Source: Polyangiaceae bacterium (lineage in GTDB: Bacteria; Myxococcota_A; Polyangia; Polyangiales; Polyangiaceae). From it: a DNA stretch of 64,000 nt. Positions 36,812 to 45,536 of the stretch are shown piece after piece. The notes beneath the pieces are model-generated. The model was not told where the DNA came from, made no database searches, and saw only the letters and a program-made list of their open reading frames with translations. Position 1 is the first letter of the stretch; each line of letters opens with the position of its first letter. The stretch lies in the NCBI GenBank assembly GCA_044222475.1, contig JBGANF010000029.1:8555-72554 (forward strand), in the 5' to 3' direction. The position numbers were made by a program, and so were the translations under genes.

Positions 36812-37735
36812 TTAGCCGACGAGCAGTTCCACGTCACTCCGATCCACCCCCAGACCGACCAAAGCGTCCCGAAATCGAGCTTTGGGGACCGAGACGAGGG
36901 TGGGCATCCCGCCTGAAAGTCCGAGCAGTGTCAGGAAGTTCTGTCCGCTGTCGAACGGGGCAGCGAGCGAGACGGTGTCTTGGTCGACGAGGATCGCGAC
37001 GTCGGCCCGCTCCTGACCGAGCATCAGGAGCAGCGTCTTGTCGTAGCGGCCGTGGTGCTCGGTGGCATCGACGAACGCGGCAGAGCGAGCGCGCGTCTTC
37101 GCTTCGAGGGAGAAGACGCGGTAGCGCTCGGCGATGCGGCGGGTGTCCTTCTCGATCGCCTCGAGCTCGCGACCGGCGGCGTCGATCGGTTCCCACAGCG
37201 AAGCATCGGCGAGGCCGGTCGAGAGGTGACGGACCACCACGCCGAAGAGCGCGTAGTCGCGCGGTCGCGCGCGCAGCGCGCGGTCGAGGCGGACGCCGAT
37301 CGGTCCAGGGAAGCCGATGCGCGTGTCGACCGCTCGCGCGTCAGCGTCGGACCCTTCGTAGGGCTCGCGGCCTTCGCGGATCCACTTCGCGGCGCTGCAG
37401 AGCCCGTCGAAGTCGGTGTGGCACACGATGCTGTCGACCGCGCCGATGCGCTTCACCAGCTCGGGCGTGACCATCTCTGGACAGGCGCCGTGCTCGGCCT
37501 TCGTCGCGAGGACGAACCGCGGATCCGATCGGTAGCCCGCGTGGGCGGTGTGATCGTGGTGATCGACCCACGCCGCGAGGCGCTCGCCGAGACCGTCGAT
37601 GAAGGGCTTGGTGATCTTGGCGAAGCCCCCGCCCGAGGCTTCGGAGGCGAAGGCCACGTCGAGGACGACGACGCGGCCCACGATCTCGCGCGGTCGTGGC
37701 AGCTTGCGCGGGGTCGCGAAATGGAGCGCGTGCAC
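36812..37735 (-). CDS. DHH-family phosphoesterase-like protein (motif order permuted)
   Basis: VVVLD, WVDHHDH, and later HTDFDGLCSAA. Confidence 0.65.
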   Translation of the reverse strand: MHALHFATPRKLPRPREIVGRVVVLDVAFASEASGGGFAKITKPFIDGLGERLAAWVDHHDHTAHAGYRSDPRFVLATKAEHGACPEMVTPELVKRIGAVDSIVCHTDFDGLCSAAKWIREGREPYEGSDADARAVDTRIGFPGPIGVRLDRALRARPRDYALFGVVVRHLSTGLADASLWEPIDAAGRELEAIEKDTRRIAERYRVFSLEAKTRARSAAFVDATEHHGRYDKTLLLMLGQERADVAILVDQDTVSLAAPFDSGQNFLTLLGLSGGMPTLVSVPKARFRDALVGLGVDRSDVELLVG

Positions 37736-37763
37736 GCTCGCGTCATAGCACGCGCGCTGCGCG

Positions 37764-39662
37764 TCAGAGCGCGAGGCGGTAGCCGAGGCTGACGTAGGGC
37801 CCGAAAAGGTTCACGTCGACGACCTCGCGATCGCGCGTCGTCGAGAAGCGAACCCCGGCGCCGAGGACGATGGTTCCGGGGCCGGCGACGAGGTGGCCGA
37901 CGGCGAGGAGGTTCGCGCCGAACAGCGTGTTCGGCGAACGGAGAGAGACGTTGCCCCCGAAGTAGCTGACGTTCGCGTTCTCGAACGCGAAGAACGGCGT
38001 GACGCCGATCCCCGCCGAGAACGGGCTCTTTCCGAGCTTGTACCGCGCTTCGAGCGGAACGCCGACGACGTACACTCGCTCGCTCGTCGAGTACGAGCTG
38101 ACGATCGCGCCGCCGGTCAGCGTCAGCGGCAGGGCACCGGTCTCGTCGGCGGCGCGCGCCTCCATCGAGAAGATCGCGTTGACCGAGAGCTCGACGCGGC
38201 CCATGTCTTGGCGGACGCCGCCGCGGAACCCGACGAGGGGGCCGATGCCGGGAGCGGCGCCGGTGAACCCCGCTTCGATCCCGAGCTCACCGAACGTCGT
38301 CGGCACCACGTCCTTCGGCGGCAGCGGGACGACGTCTTGATCGCCAGCCTCGATCGGGAGCGCGAGGGCGACGTCGCCGTGGGCCTCGCCGTTGGCGGCG
38401 ACCTTCGCAGCGAGCTGCGTCGTGCCGGGGTTCCACCCGATCTTCGCGGCGTAGACGCCGTGGTCTTCGGAGGTGAACACATCGACGTCGACGCCGTTCG
38501 CGTTGGCGACGGCGAGCGTGACGTGATCGACTGCGTGTCCGGCCGTGTCCTTGGCGGTCGCGCGGAGGATCGCCGTGTGAGCGTGGGCGTTCGCGTTCGC
38601 GAGCGACCACGTCAGGGTGAAAGGCTCGGCCGTCAGGTGGACGGGGGCGGAGAGCGGACCGTCGGCGGTGGTGGAGCAGCGGAGGTCGTGCGAGTGGAAG
38701 CGATCGAGCGAGGCGTCGGCGGCGACGGCGGCGGGGGCAGCGCCGTCGATCGCGCAGGTGAGACCGAGCAGCGGCAAGCCGATGGGGATCTCCTGCGTCC
38801 ACCCGGCGGCCGGCGCGGTGGAGACGACCCGAACCTGCGCGACGGGGCTGAACGGGCCCTCGAAACCGTCGGCGTCGATCGCGCTGACGCGGAGCGAGTA
38901 GGGGCCTACCGGAGCGAGGATCTTCGGGTCGACGCGGGTGCTGGTGGCCGGGACCTCGGCGTCGGCGACCCGCATGGCGAAGACGGGATCGCGCGCGACC
39001 TGTACGTGGTACCGGACGGGGGCGTCGCCCGTAGTACCACGTTGGTACGACGCGTCGACGTTGGCGGTCGCGCCGCTCGTGAAGACGATCAACGGGGCCG
39101 TGACCCACGCGGGCATGCCCGGCAGCGCTCGCGGCGCGGCGGGTGCCTTGCCCGGCTCGATCACGACGCCGAAGCTCGGGTTCACCACCGCGTCTTTCTT
39201 CTGCGCGGTGACGGTCACCGGCGCGCCGCCGTAGACGGCGACGCGAGTGACCTTCTTGTCGTCGAAGGTGACGCGCGTGGTGCTCGTGCCCGCGACGATC
39301 CGCGCGCCGTCGGTGGTGGCGACCACCGGGGCCTTCGCGCCGCCCGCGTCGCCGGTGACCAGCGAGCCGCTCGAGAGCGTCGCGGTGCCGAGGCCGATGG
39401 TGACGAGGGTCTTCTCGCCGATCGTGACCCCGGACCCGTCGGCGAAGGCCACGCCGACGGTGGCCCCGGCCTCGGTGCGGACTCGATCGCCTCGGCGGAG
39501 CGGAGCGTCGGCCTTCGCCGGGGTCGGCGCTGGGGTCAACGTCGTCGCGTCGCCGCGGACGGAGGTGACCTTGGCGTCGGGAGGGAGCGCGCCCGCGGCA
39601 GCGGCGAGGCCGGAGACGAGCAGCCCCGCGCTGAAGGTGACGACGCCGAGGCCGCGGCCCAT
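37764..39662 (-). CDS. Exported FecR-domain protein with FN3-like domain and C-terminal beta-strand region
   Basis: Signal peptide; LRRGDRVRT...FADGSGVTIGEKT; YHVQVARDPVF...LRVSAIDADGFEG. Confidence 0.65.
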   Translation of the reverse strand: MGRGLGVVTFSAGLLVSGLAAAAGALPPDAKVTSVRGDATTLTPAPTPAKADAPLRRGDRVRTEAGATVGVAFADGSGVTIGEKTLVTIGLGTATLSSGSLVTGDAGGAKAPVVATTDGARIVAGTSTTRVTFDDKKVTRVAVYGGAPVTVTAQKKDAVVNPSFGVVIEPGKAPAAPRALPGMPAWVTAPLIVFTSGATANVDASYQRGTTGDAPVRYHVQVARDPVFAMRVADAEVPATSTRVDPKILAPVGPYSLRVSAIDADGFEGPFSPVAQVRVVSTAPAAGWTQEIPIGLPLLGLTCAIDGAAPAAVAADASLDRFHSHDLRCSTTADGPLSAPVHLTAEPFTLTWSLANANAHAHTAILRATAKDTAGHAVDHVTLAVANANGVDVDVFTSEDHGVYAAKIGWNPGTTQLAAKVAANGEAHGDVALALPIEAGDQDVVPLPPKDVVPTTFGELGIEAGFTGAAPGIGPLVGFRGGVRQDMGRVELSVNAIFSMEARAADETGALPLTLTGGAIVSSYSTSERVYVVGVPLEARYKLGKSPFSAGIGVTPFFAFENANVSYFGGNVSLRSPNTLFGANLLAVGHLVAGPGTIVLGAGVRFSTTRDREVVDVNLFGPYVSLGYRLAL

Positions 39663-39713
39663 GGAGTCCCGTCCTACCATGAAGCAGCGGGCGAAGATAC
39701 GCTGTGCCCCGCC

Positions 39714-40352
39714 ATGGAAAACCGCATCAAGTACGATGAGCGTGGGCTCGTGCCGGTGATCGTTCAAGACGAGCTCACCGGCGAGGTGCGGATGCTCGCC
39801 TGGGCCGACGAGGCCGCGCTGGCGGAGACGGCGAAGACCGGCCTCGCGACGTTCTTCAGTCGATCGCGCGGTGGACGCTGGGTCAAAGGGGAGACGAGTG
39901 GGAACACCATCTCCGTGTCGCGCGTCGTCGTCGACTGCGACGCGGACGCAGTGCTCTACCTCGGACGGGCGAAGGGGCCGTCGTGTCACACCGGCGAGGA
40001 GACGTGCTTCTTCCGCGACGCGGACGGCGCGCCCGCCGACCGCGGGCCGATGCTCTTGCGCCTCGAGGCGATCGTCGAATCGCGAAAGTCGAGCGAAGGG
40101 AAGAGCTCGTACGTGCGCTCGCTCTACGACGGCGGGGCGGAGCGCATCGGCGAGAAGATCCGAGAGGAAGCCGCCGAGCTCGCGACGGCGATCGCGTCCG
40201 AGAGCGACGAGCGCGTCACGGAAGAGGCGGCGGATCTCCTGTTCCACGCGATCGTGGGCTTGCGAAGCCGGTCCGTCCCATTCAGGGACGTCGTCGCCGT
40301 TCTCGCGCGCCGCTTCGGTCGAAGCGGCCACGACGAGAAGGCTTCGCGCTGA
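39714..40352 (+). CDS. hisIE: Bifunctional phosphoribosyl-AMP cyclohydrolase / phosphoribosyl-ATP pyrophosphatase
   Basis: GLVPVIVQD, FSRSR, KGETSGN, DCDADA, SCHTG, KIREEAAE, EAADLLFH. Confidence 0.95.
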   Translation: MENRIKYDERGLVPVIVQDELTGEVRMLAWADEAALAETAKTGLATFFSRSRGGRWVKGETSGNTISVSRVVVDCDADAVLYLGRAKGPSCHTGEETCFFRDADGAPADRGPMLLRLEAIVESRKSSEGKSSYVRSLYDGGAERIGEKIREEAAELATAIASESDERVTEEAADLLFHAIVGLRSRSVPFRDVVAVLARRFGRSGHDEKASR

Positions 40353-41327
40353 TCACTTCGCCGGCGGAGGCGTCGCCGGTGGCGCGGCGCCATCGGCCGG
40401 AACGCACGGCGGGGGCGGCGGCGGGGGCGGGGGCGGCGGCTCCCACGCGTAGATGATCGTCGCCGTCGTCACCGTGTCGAGCTTCTCCTTGTTCGCGAGC
40501 GGCGCGTTGTCGAAGCGCGCGCTGAACCCGACACCGAGGGAGAACCCGGCGAACAGCTTCGCCGCGACGAGGGCGTCGAAGTTCAAGCGCGTGCGATCGA
40601 CCTCCTTGAAGCTCTGGATGAACTCGATGCCGGTCGAGAACGTGACGATCTTGTTCACCGCCGCGCGATAGCCCAGGTAGGCGCGCACGCTGTGATCCGT
40701 GTACGTCTTCGGGAGAAAATTGGGCTGAGGGAAGGGGAACTGGTTGCCGTCGGCGTCGACGAACCCACGCGCGCTCTCGAGCCGCGTGTCGTGCTGGAGG
40801 TCGTAGCCGAGCTCGCCCCACATCGAGTGGGTGTCGTTCTGGAAGAAGATCGCCTTCACGCCGGGGTCGAAGTTGAGGCGGAAGAGGAGGCCTTGGAACC
40901 GATCGTAGCGGCCGGTGAACTGGACGAAGCCGGCGAGCGGATTGATGAAATAGCGCTCGTAGCGGAGCTTGCCTTGGACGTTCTCGGCGGTCGTCGTCCG
41001 CGGAGCCGACGCAGACGCGGATCCTTCGCCGTAGTTCGCAACGAGTGCCCCGAGGAAGCCGTTCTTGTCGCGCCGAAACTCGAAGTTGCCGTTCGCCGAG
41101 AGCGCGAGCAGGCGCGAGTTTCCGGTCGTGAGCTGGAGGCCGCCGGCGATCGACGCCTGCGACACGTCCTTGTTCTCGAGCTTCAGCGCCTCCTTCGGAG
41201 CCGCGACCGGACCGACGGCGGCTTTGGCGTCGGGGGGCGGTGCACCGGTGCCCTGGCCGAACGCCGATGGGGAGAGACTGATCGCGACGAGCGTGAGGAG
41301 GGGCGTGACGAAGGGGCGAAATCGCAT
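40353..41327 (-). CDS. DUF481-like outer-membrane beta-barrel protein
   Basis: Signal peptide; TTGNS, YDRFQGL, FDNAP...KLDT. Confidence 0.7.
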   Translation of the reverse strand: MRFRPFVTPLLTLVAISLSPSAFGQGTGAPPPDAKAAVGPVAAPKEALKLENKDVSQASIAGGLQLTTGNSRLLALSANGNFEFRRDKNGFLGALVANYGEGSASASAPRTTTAENVQGKLRYERYFINPLAGFVQFTGRYDRFQGLLFRLNFDPGVKAIFFQNDTHSMWGELGYDLQHDTRLESARGFVDADGNQFPFPQPNFLPKTYTDHSVRAYLGYRAAVNKIVTFSTGIEFIQSFKEVDRTRLNFDALVAAKLFAGFSLGVGFSARFDNAPLANKEKLDTVTTATIIYAWEPPPPPPPPPPPCVPADGAAPPATPPPAK

Positions 41328-41425
41328 GGAGCCACGCTAATCCAAACCGACGGCCAACCGAAATTTGCGGTGCGGTACGCTTGTTTGACAGAAAATCTCC
41401 CGAACCCCTATCCTTCCTTTTCCAG

Positions 41426-43978
41426 ATGACGACGAAAGTGCTGGTGTTCGAGAGCGACGCGGGGTTCGCCGCTGAGCTCAAGAACGAGCTGAGCCGGCTC
41501 GGCTGTACGACCCACGTCGTCGACGATGGGAACGTGGGCCTTCAACAGGCCGCGTCCGACAAGCCCGACCTGATTCTGCTGTCGATCGAGCTGCCCCGCA
41601 TGAACGGGTTCTCGGTCTGCAACAAGCTGAAGAAGGACGCGAAGCTGAAGGACGTCCCGCTCATCATCATGTCGAGCGAGTCGAGCGACGAGACGTTCGA
41701 GCAGCACCGCAAGCTCCGCACCCGCGCCGAAGACTACGTCCACAAGCCGATCGCCTTCGGTGAGCTCCTCCAGCACATCCGAACGTTCGTCCCGCTCGGG
41801 AGCACGGGCGCCAGCGAAGCTCCGGCCGACATCGTCATCGACGACGACATCTCGATCGTCAGCTCCGACGTCGTCGAGGACGAAGGGACGCTCGTCGTCG
41901 AGCAGCAGCAGCAGCAACAGCCGCCGAAGCGGTCGAACCGTCCGCCGCCCGTTCCTGCCGCTGCAAAGGGCGAGAAGGTCGACGACGAGGTCGACGCGTT
42001 CATCGACGCCGGCTTCGGTCGGCTGACGACGAAGAGCTCGCCGCCTCCGGCCAACGGCTCGCCCGCGGCCGTGATGACGGTGAAGGGCAAGAGCATCCCG
42101 CCGCCGGCCGACGGGCGAGTGGCCGAGCTCGAAGCGGAGCTCATGGCCGCGCGCGAGGAGTCGGCGAAGCTCCGTGCGGACTTCGACGCCAAGATCGAGG
42201 CCGAGCAGAAGAAGATGGAAGCCGAGATGGAGGAGCTGAAGCAGAAGCTCACCGCGGCGCCCAAGGCCGGCGGCGTCTCCAGCCGCGAGTTCCTCGATCT
42301 CCGCGAGGCGCTCAACAAGAAGGACAAGGAGATCCTGGCCCTCAAAGAGACCCTGTCCAAGAAGGACAAGGAGATCTTCGAGGGTCGCGACAAGTCGCTC
42401 GCGCTCGAGCGCGCCAAGGCCGATCTCGACGATCGCGTCCTCGCCGTCGAGCGCCAGATGGAAGAGGCGAAGGAGAAGCTCGAGAACGCCATCCGCGACC
42501 GCGACACCGCGAAGAAGGCGGCCGAGGACAACAAGGCGCGCTTCGCGAAGGCCGAAGCTACGATCGAAGAGCGCGTCAAGGAGATCGAGGCGGCGAAGGC
42601 CAAGGCGAAGGACGACGCCACCGCTCACGAAGCCGCGCTCGCTGCGGCTCGCGCCGATCACGAGAAGGCGGTCGCGGGCATCCGCGAAGAGCACGCTGCC
42701 GCGCTCGCCGCCGCCGACGCGCTCCGCGTCGCCGCGCTCGCCGACGCCGCCAAGGAGAAGGAATCAGCGCTGGCCGCCGCCGCGCAGGAGAAGGCCGAAG
42801 CGCTCGCCGCTGCCGCCGCCGCCGCCGACGCAGCGACCGCGTCGCTCTCGGCCGAGCACGACGAGGCTCTCGCCGCCGCGACCGCCGCGGGCGAGCAAGC
42901 CAAGGCCGAGGCCATCGCCGCGACGCAAGCGACGATGAAGAGCGAGGCCGACGGCAAGCTCGCGTCGCTTCACCGCGCTCATCAGGACGAGCTCGGCAAG
43001 GTTCGCGCGGAGCACGCGCAGGAGCGCGAGAAGGACGCCGCGCGTCACGCCAGCGAGCTGGCCCTGCAGCAGGCCAAGGCCGACGAGCAGCTCGACGAAG
43101 CGAGGCAGCAGGCCGAAGCGGCGCTCAAGGCGCGCGAGGCGGAGCTCGAAGCCAAGCGCGAGGCCGAGGTCGCCGCAGCGAACCGCGATCGCGACGAGAA
43201 GCTCGCGGCGCTCGAGCGCGATCGGGACGAGAAGCTCGCTGCGGTCGAGCGCGATCGTGATCAGAAGGTCGCCGCGGCCGAGAAGGATCGCGACGACAAG
43301 GTCGCTGCGGTCGAGCGCGACCGCGCGGAGAAGATCGCTGCGCTCGAGGCCGATCGCGACGCGAAGATCGCCGCGCTCGAAGCCGATCGCGACGCCAAGG
43401 TCGCCGCCGCCGAGCAAGACCGCGACACGAAGGTGGCCACCGCCGACGCGCGCCGCGCCGCCGACGTCGCCGAGGCCCAGCAAGACCGCGACGACAAGGT
43501 GGCGGCGCTCACCGCCGACCGCGATCAGAAGGTCGCCGCGGCCGAGAAGGATCGCGACGAGAAGGTCGCGTCGCTCACCGCGGAGCGCAACGGCACGGTC
43601 TCTCGCCTCGAGGGGGAGCTCGCGCAGGTCAAGGACGAGCTCGCGAAGCTCATCGACACCAAGCGCGCAGTCGACGCCGCGAACGAAGCGCGGATCGCAG
43701 AGCTCGATCAGCGCGTGAACGAGCTCTCGGCGCGCGCATCGCAGCTCGACAGCGAGCTCGGTCAGAACAAGGATCGCGTCTCGGCCCTCGAAGCGGAGAA
43801 CGCCGCGCTCAAGGCCGATCTGGCGGACACCAAGGACCGCCTCGGCAAAGCGACGACTCGCGCCGATCGCGCCTACGCCAAGTGGGAAGCCGACCGGGCC
43901 GCGCTCGAGAAGGCGAAGGACGCCCTCGCGGTGGTCCTCGGTCAGATCGAAGACGCGGAAGGCCGCAGCATCGATTGA
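41426..43978 (+). CDS. FrzS/AglZ-like pseudo-receiver plus long coiled-coil protein
   Basis: KVLVFESD...PDLILLSIEL (no phospho-Asp)...CNKLKKDAKLKDVP...FEQHRKLRTRAEDYVHKP, then several hundred residues of coiled coil. Confidence 0.8.
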   Translation: MTTKVLVFESDAGFAAELKNELSRLGCTTHVVDDGNVGLQQAASDKPDLILLSIELPRMNGFSVCNKLKKDAKLKDVPLIIMSSESSDETFEQHRKLRTRAEDYVHKPIAFGELLQHIRTFVPLGSTGASEAPADIVIDDDISIVSSDVVEDEGTLVVEQQQQQQPPKRSNRPPPVPAAAKGEKVDDEVDAFIDAGFGRLTTKSSPPPANGSPAAVMTVKGKSIPPPADGRVAELEAELMAAREESAKLRADFDAKIEAEQKKMEAEMEELKQKLTAAPKAGGVSSREFLDLREALNKKDKEILALKETLSKKDKEIFEGRDKSLALERAKADLDDRVLAVERQMEEAKEKLENAIRDRDTAKKAAEDNKARFAKAEATIEERVKEIEAAKAKAKDDATAHEAALAAARADHEKAVAGIREEHAAALAAADALRVAALADAAKEKESALAAAAQEKAEALAAAAAAADAATASLSAEHDEALAAATAAGEQAKAEAIAATQATMKSEADGKLASLHRAHQDELGKVRAEHAQEREKDAARHASELALQQAKADEQLDEARQQAEAALKAREAELEAKREAEVAAANRDRDEKLAALERDRDEKLAAVERDRDQKVAAAEKDRDDKVAAVERDRAEKIAALEADRDAKIAALEADRDAKVAAAEQDRDTKVATADARRAADVAEAQQDRDDKVAALTADRDQKVAAAEKDRDEKVASLTAERNGTVSRLEGELAQVKDELAKLIDTKRAVDAANEARIAELDQRVNELSARASQLDSELGQNKDRVSALEAENAALKADLADTKDRLGKATTRADRAYAKWEADRAALEKAKDALAVVLGQIEDAEGRSID
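43187..43590 (+). repeat. ~12 in-frame 33-bp (11-aa) repeats, DRDxKxAAxEx
   Basis: DRDEKLAALER DRDEKLAAVER DRDQKVAAAEK DRDDKVAAVER DRAEKIAALEA ... Confidence 0.9.
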
Positions 43979-44017
43979 GCCCGACCCGCTGCCGCCGCGT
44001 CTCTCTCGGAGAGAATC

Positions 44018-44133
44018 AACAGGAAGGGCGGAAGGGCGGAAGGTTTGGGGGTTGGTCGCGCGCCGCCGGCCCATCGCCATGACGCGGGCGTCCGGCACCC
44101 CCAAGATCCTTCCGTCCTTCCGCCCTTCCTGTT
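44018..44133. repeat. Long intergenic inverted repeat (REP/REPIN-like) between convergent genes
   Basis: AACAGGAAGGGCGGAAGGGCGGAAGG (44018-44043) pairs with 44108-44133 at 25/26 positions; inner TTGGGGGT/ACCCCCAA stem. Confidence 0.85.
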
Positions 44134-45470
44134 CATTTTTTCTGGGTCCTTGCCGCCAGTTTCTTAGCTTCGGTTCTCGCTCGCGACACGGTCTCCTCGT
44201 CGTCGAACACCTGGTGCTCTCCGTCTCGCACCACGTGCGCTCCGTCCACGAACACGTGCTTCACGTCTCTCGCTTGCGTCGCGTAGACGAGGCGCGAGAA
44301 CGGATCGCCTCCCGGCTCTTGGTGCGCTCCGTCGAGGCGGACGACGACGAGATCGGCGCGCTTCCCGACCTCGATCGAGCCGATTTCTCGGTCGAGGTGA
44401 AGAGCGCGCGCCCCGTCGATCGTGGCGAGCCGCAGCGCTCGCTTCGCCGGGATCGCCGTCGTCGAGGTGCGCACCTTCGCGAGCAGCGCCGCGTGACGAA
44501 GCTCCTGCCACGGGTCGAGGTTGTTGTTGCACGGCGCACCGTCGCAGCCGATCGCGAGCTGCACTCCGAGCTCGTCGAGCTCGGCGATGCGCGCGATGCC
44601 CGAGCCGAGCTTCAGGTTCGCGCTCGGACAGTGGACGACCCGCGTTCCTTCGTCCGCCAACATGCGCGCCTCGTCGTCGGTGAGCTGCACGCCGTGCGCG
44701 AGGATCGCGCGCTCGCCGGCGAGGCCCCAGCCGCGGAGGATCTCGAGGTCGTCCTTGCCGCGCGCGGCGCGGACCGCCTCGCGCTCGCCCGCGTGCTCGG
44801 CGGCGTGCGTGTGCATGAGCGCCCCGTTGTCGTGCGAGCGCTCGGAGACGCCGCGCACGAGCGCCTCGCTGCAGGACAGGACGAACCGCGGCGCGTACGC
44901 GTAGCCGATGCGCCCGTGGCCCTTGCCGTCCCAGCGTGACCGCAGCGCGTCGCTCTCGTCGAGGCTCCACTTCGTCGACTCGCGGAGGCCCTTCGGCACC
45001 GCGTCGCCGACGTCCATCATGGTCTTGCCGCTGATGGCGCGGATGCCGCTGCGGAGGCACGCGTCCATGACCTCGTCGTGGTGGTGCACGGTGCCCATGT
45101 CGAGGATGGTGGTCGTTCCGGCGCGCATCATCTCGAGGAGGCCGAGCTCGGCGCTGGCGCGGAGGGAGCGCGCGTCGTGAGCGGCTTCGAAGGGCCAGAT
45201 GCGCTGTGCGAGCCACTCGAGGAGCGGCAAATCGTCCGCCATGCCGCGGAAGAGCACCTGGCACAGGTGGACGTGCGCTTGGACCAAGCCGGGGATCACC
45301 GCGCAGCCGCGCGCGTCGACGACGCGCGCAGGCCGATGCGCTTGCCGAGCGGCGTTCGGGCCGACGGCCACGATTCGCTCCCCGCGCACGAGGACGTCCC
45401 CGACGAAGGTCCGATCGCTGCCGTCGCACGTGACGACGGTGCCGCCCGCCAAAACCAGGTCCACATCCAC
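44133..45470 (-). CDS. Metal-dependent amidohydrolase (5'-deoxyadenosine/MTA/SAH deaminase family)
   Basis: PGLVQAHVH, HTHAAE, AHGV, HCPSANLKLGSG, GCDGAPCNN, GSIEVGKRAD. Confidence 0.85.
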   Translation of the reverse strand: MDVDLVLAGGTVVTCDGSDRTFVGDVLVRGERIVAVGPNAARQAHRPARVVDARGCAVIPGLVQAHVHLCQVLFRGMADDLPLLEWLAQRIWPFEAAHDARSLRASAELGLLEMMRAGTTTILDMGTVHHHDEVMDACLRSGIRAISGKTMMDVGDAVPKGLRESTKWSLDESDALRSRWDGKGHGRIGYAYAPRFVLSCSEALVRGVSERSHDNGALMHTHAAEHAGEREAVRAARGKDDLEILRGWGLAGERAILAHGVQLTDDEARMLADEGTRVVHCPSANLKLGSGIARIAELDELGVQLAIGCDGAPCNNNLDPWQELRHAALLAKVRTSTTAIPAKRALRLATIDGARALHLDREIGSIEVGKRADLVVVRLDGAHQEPGGDPFSRLVYATQARDVKHVFVDGAHVVRDGEHQVFDDEETVSRARTEAKKLAARTQKK

Positions 45471-45536
45471 CGACTACGGCGTTTCGACTTGGCGCGCAAC
45501 TCGGCTGAAGCCCTGATAGAATCGAAGGTCTGGGCC

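Noticed and set aside
43187..43590. 33-bp repeats as a CRISPR or mobile repeat
   Set aside because: In-frame, degenerate at synonymous sites and without spacers; a protein coiled-coil repeat
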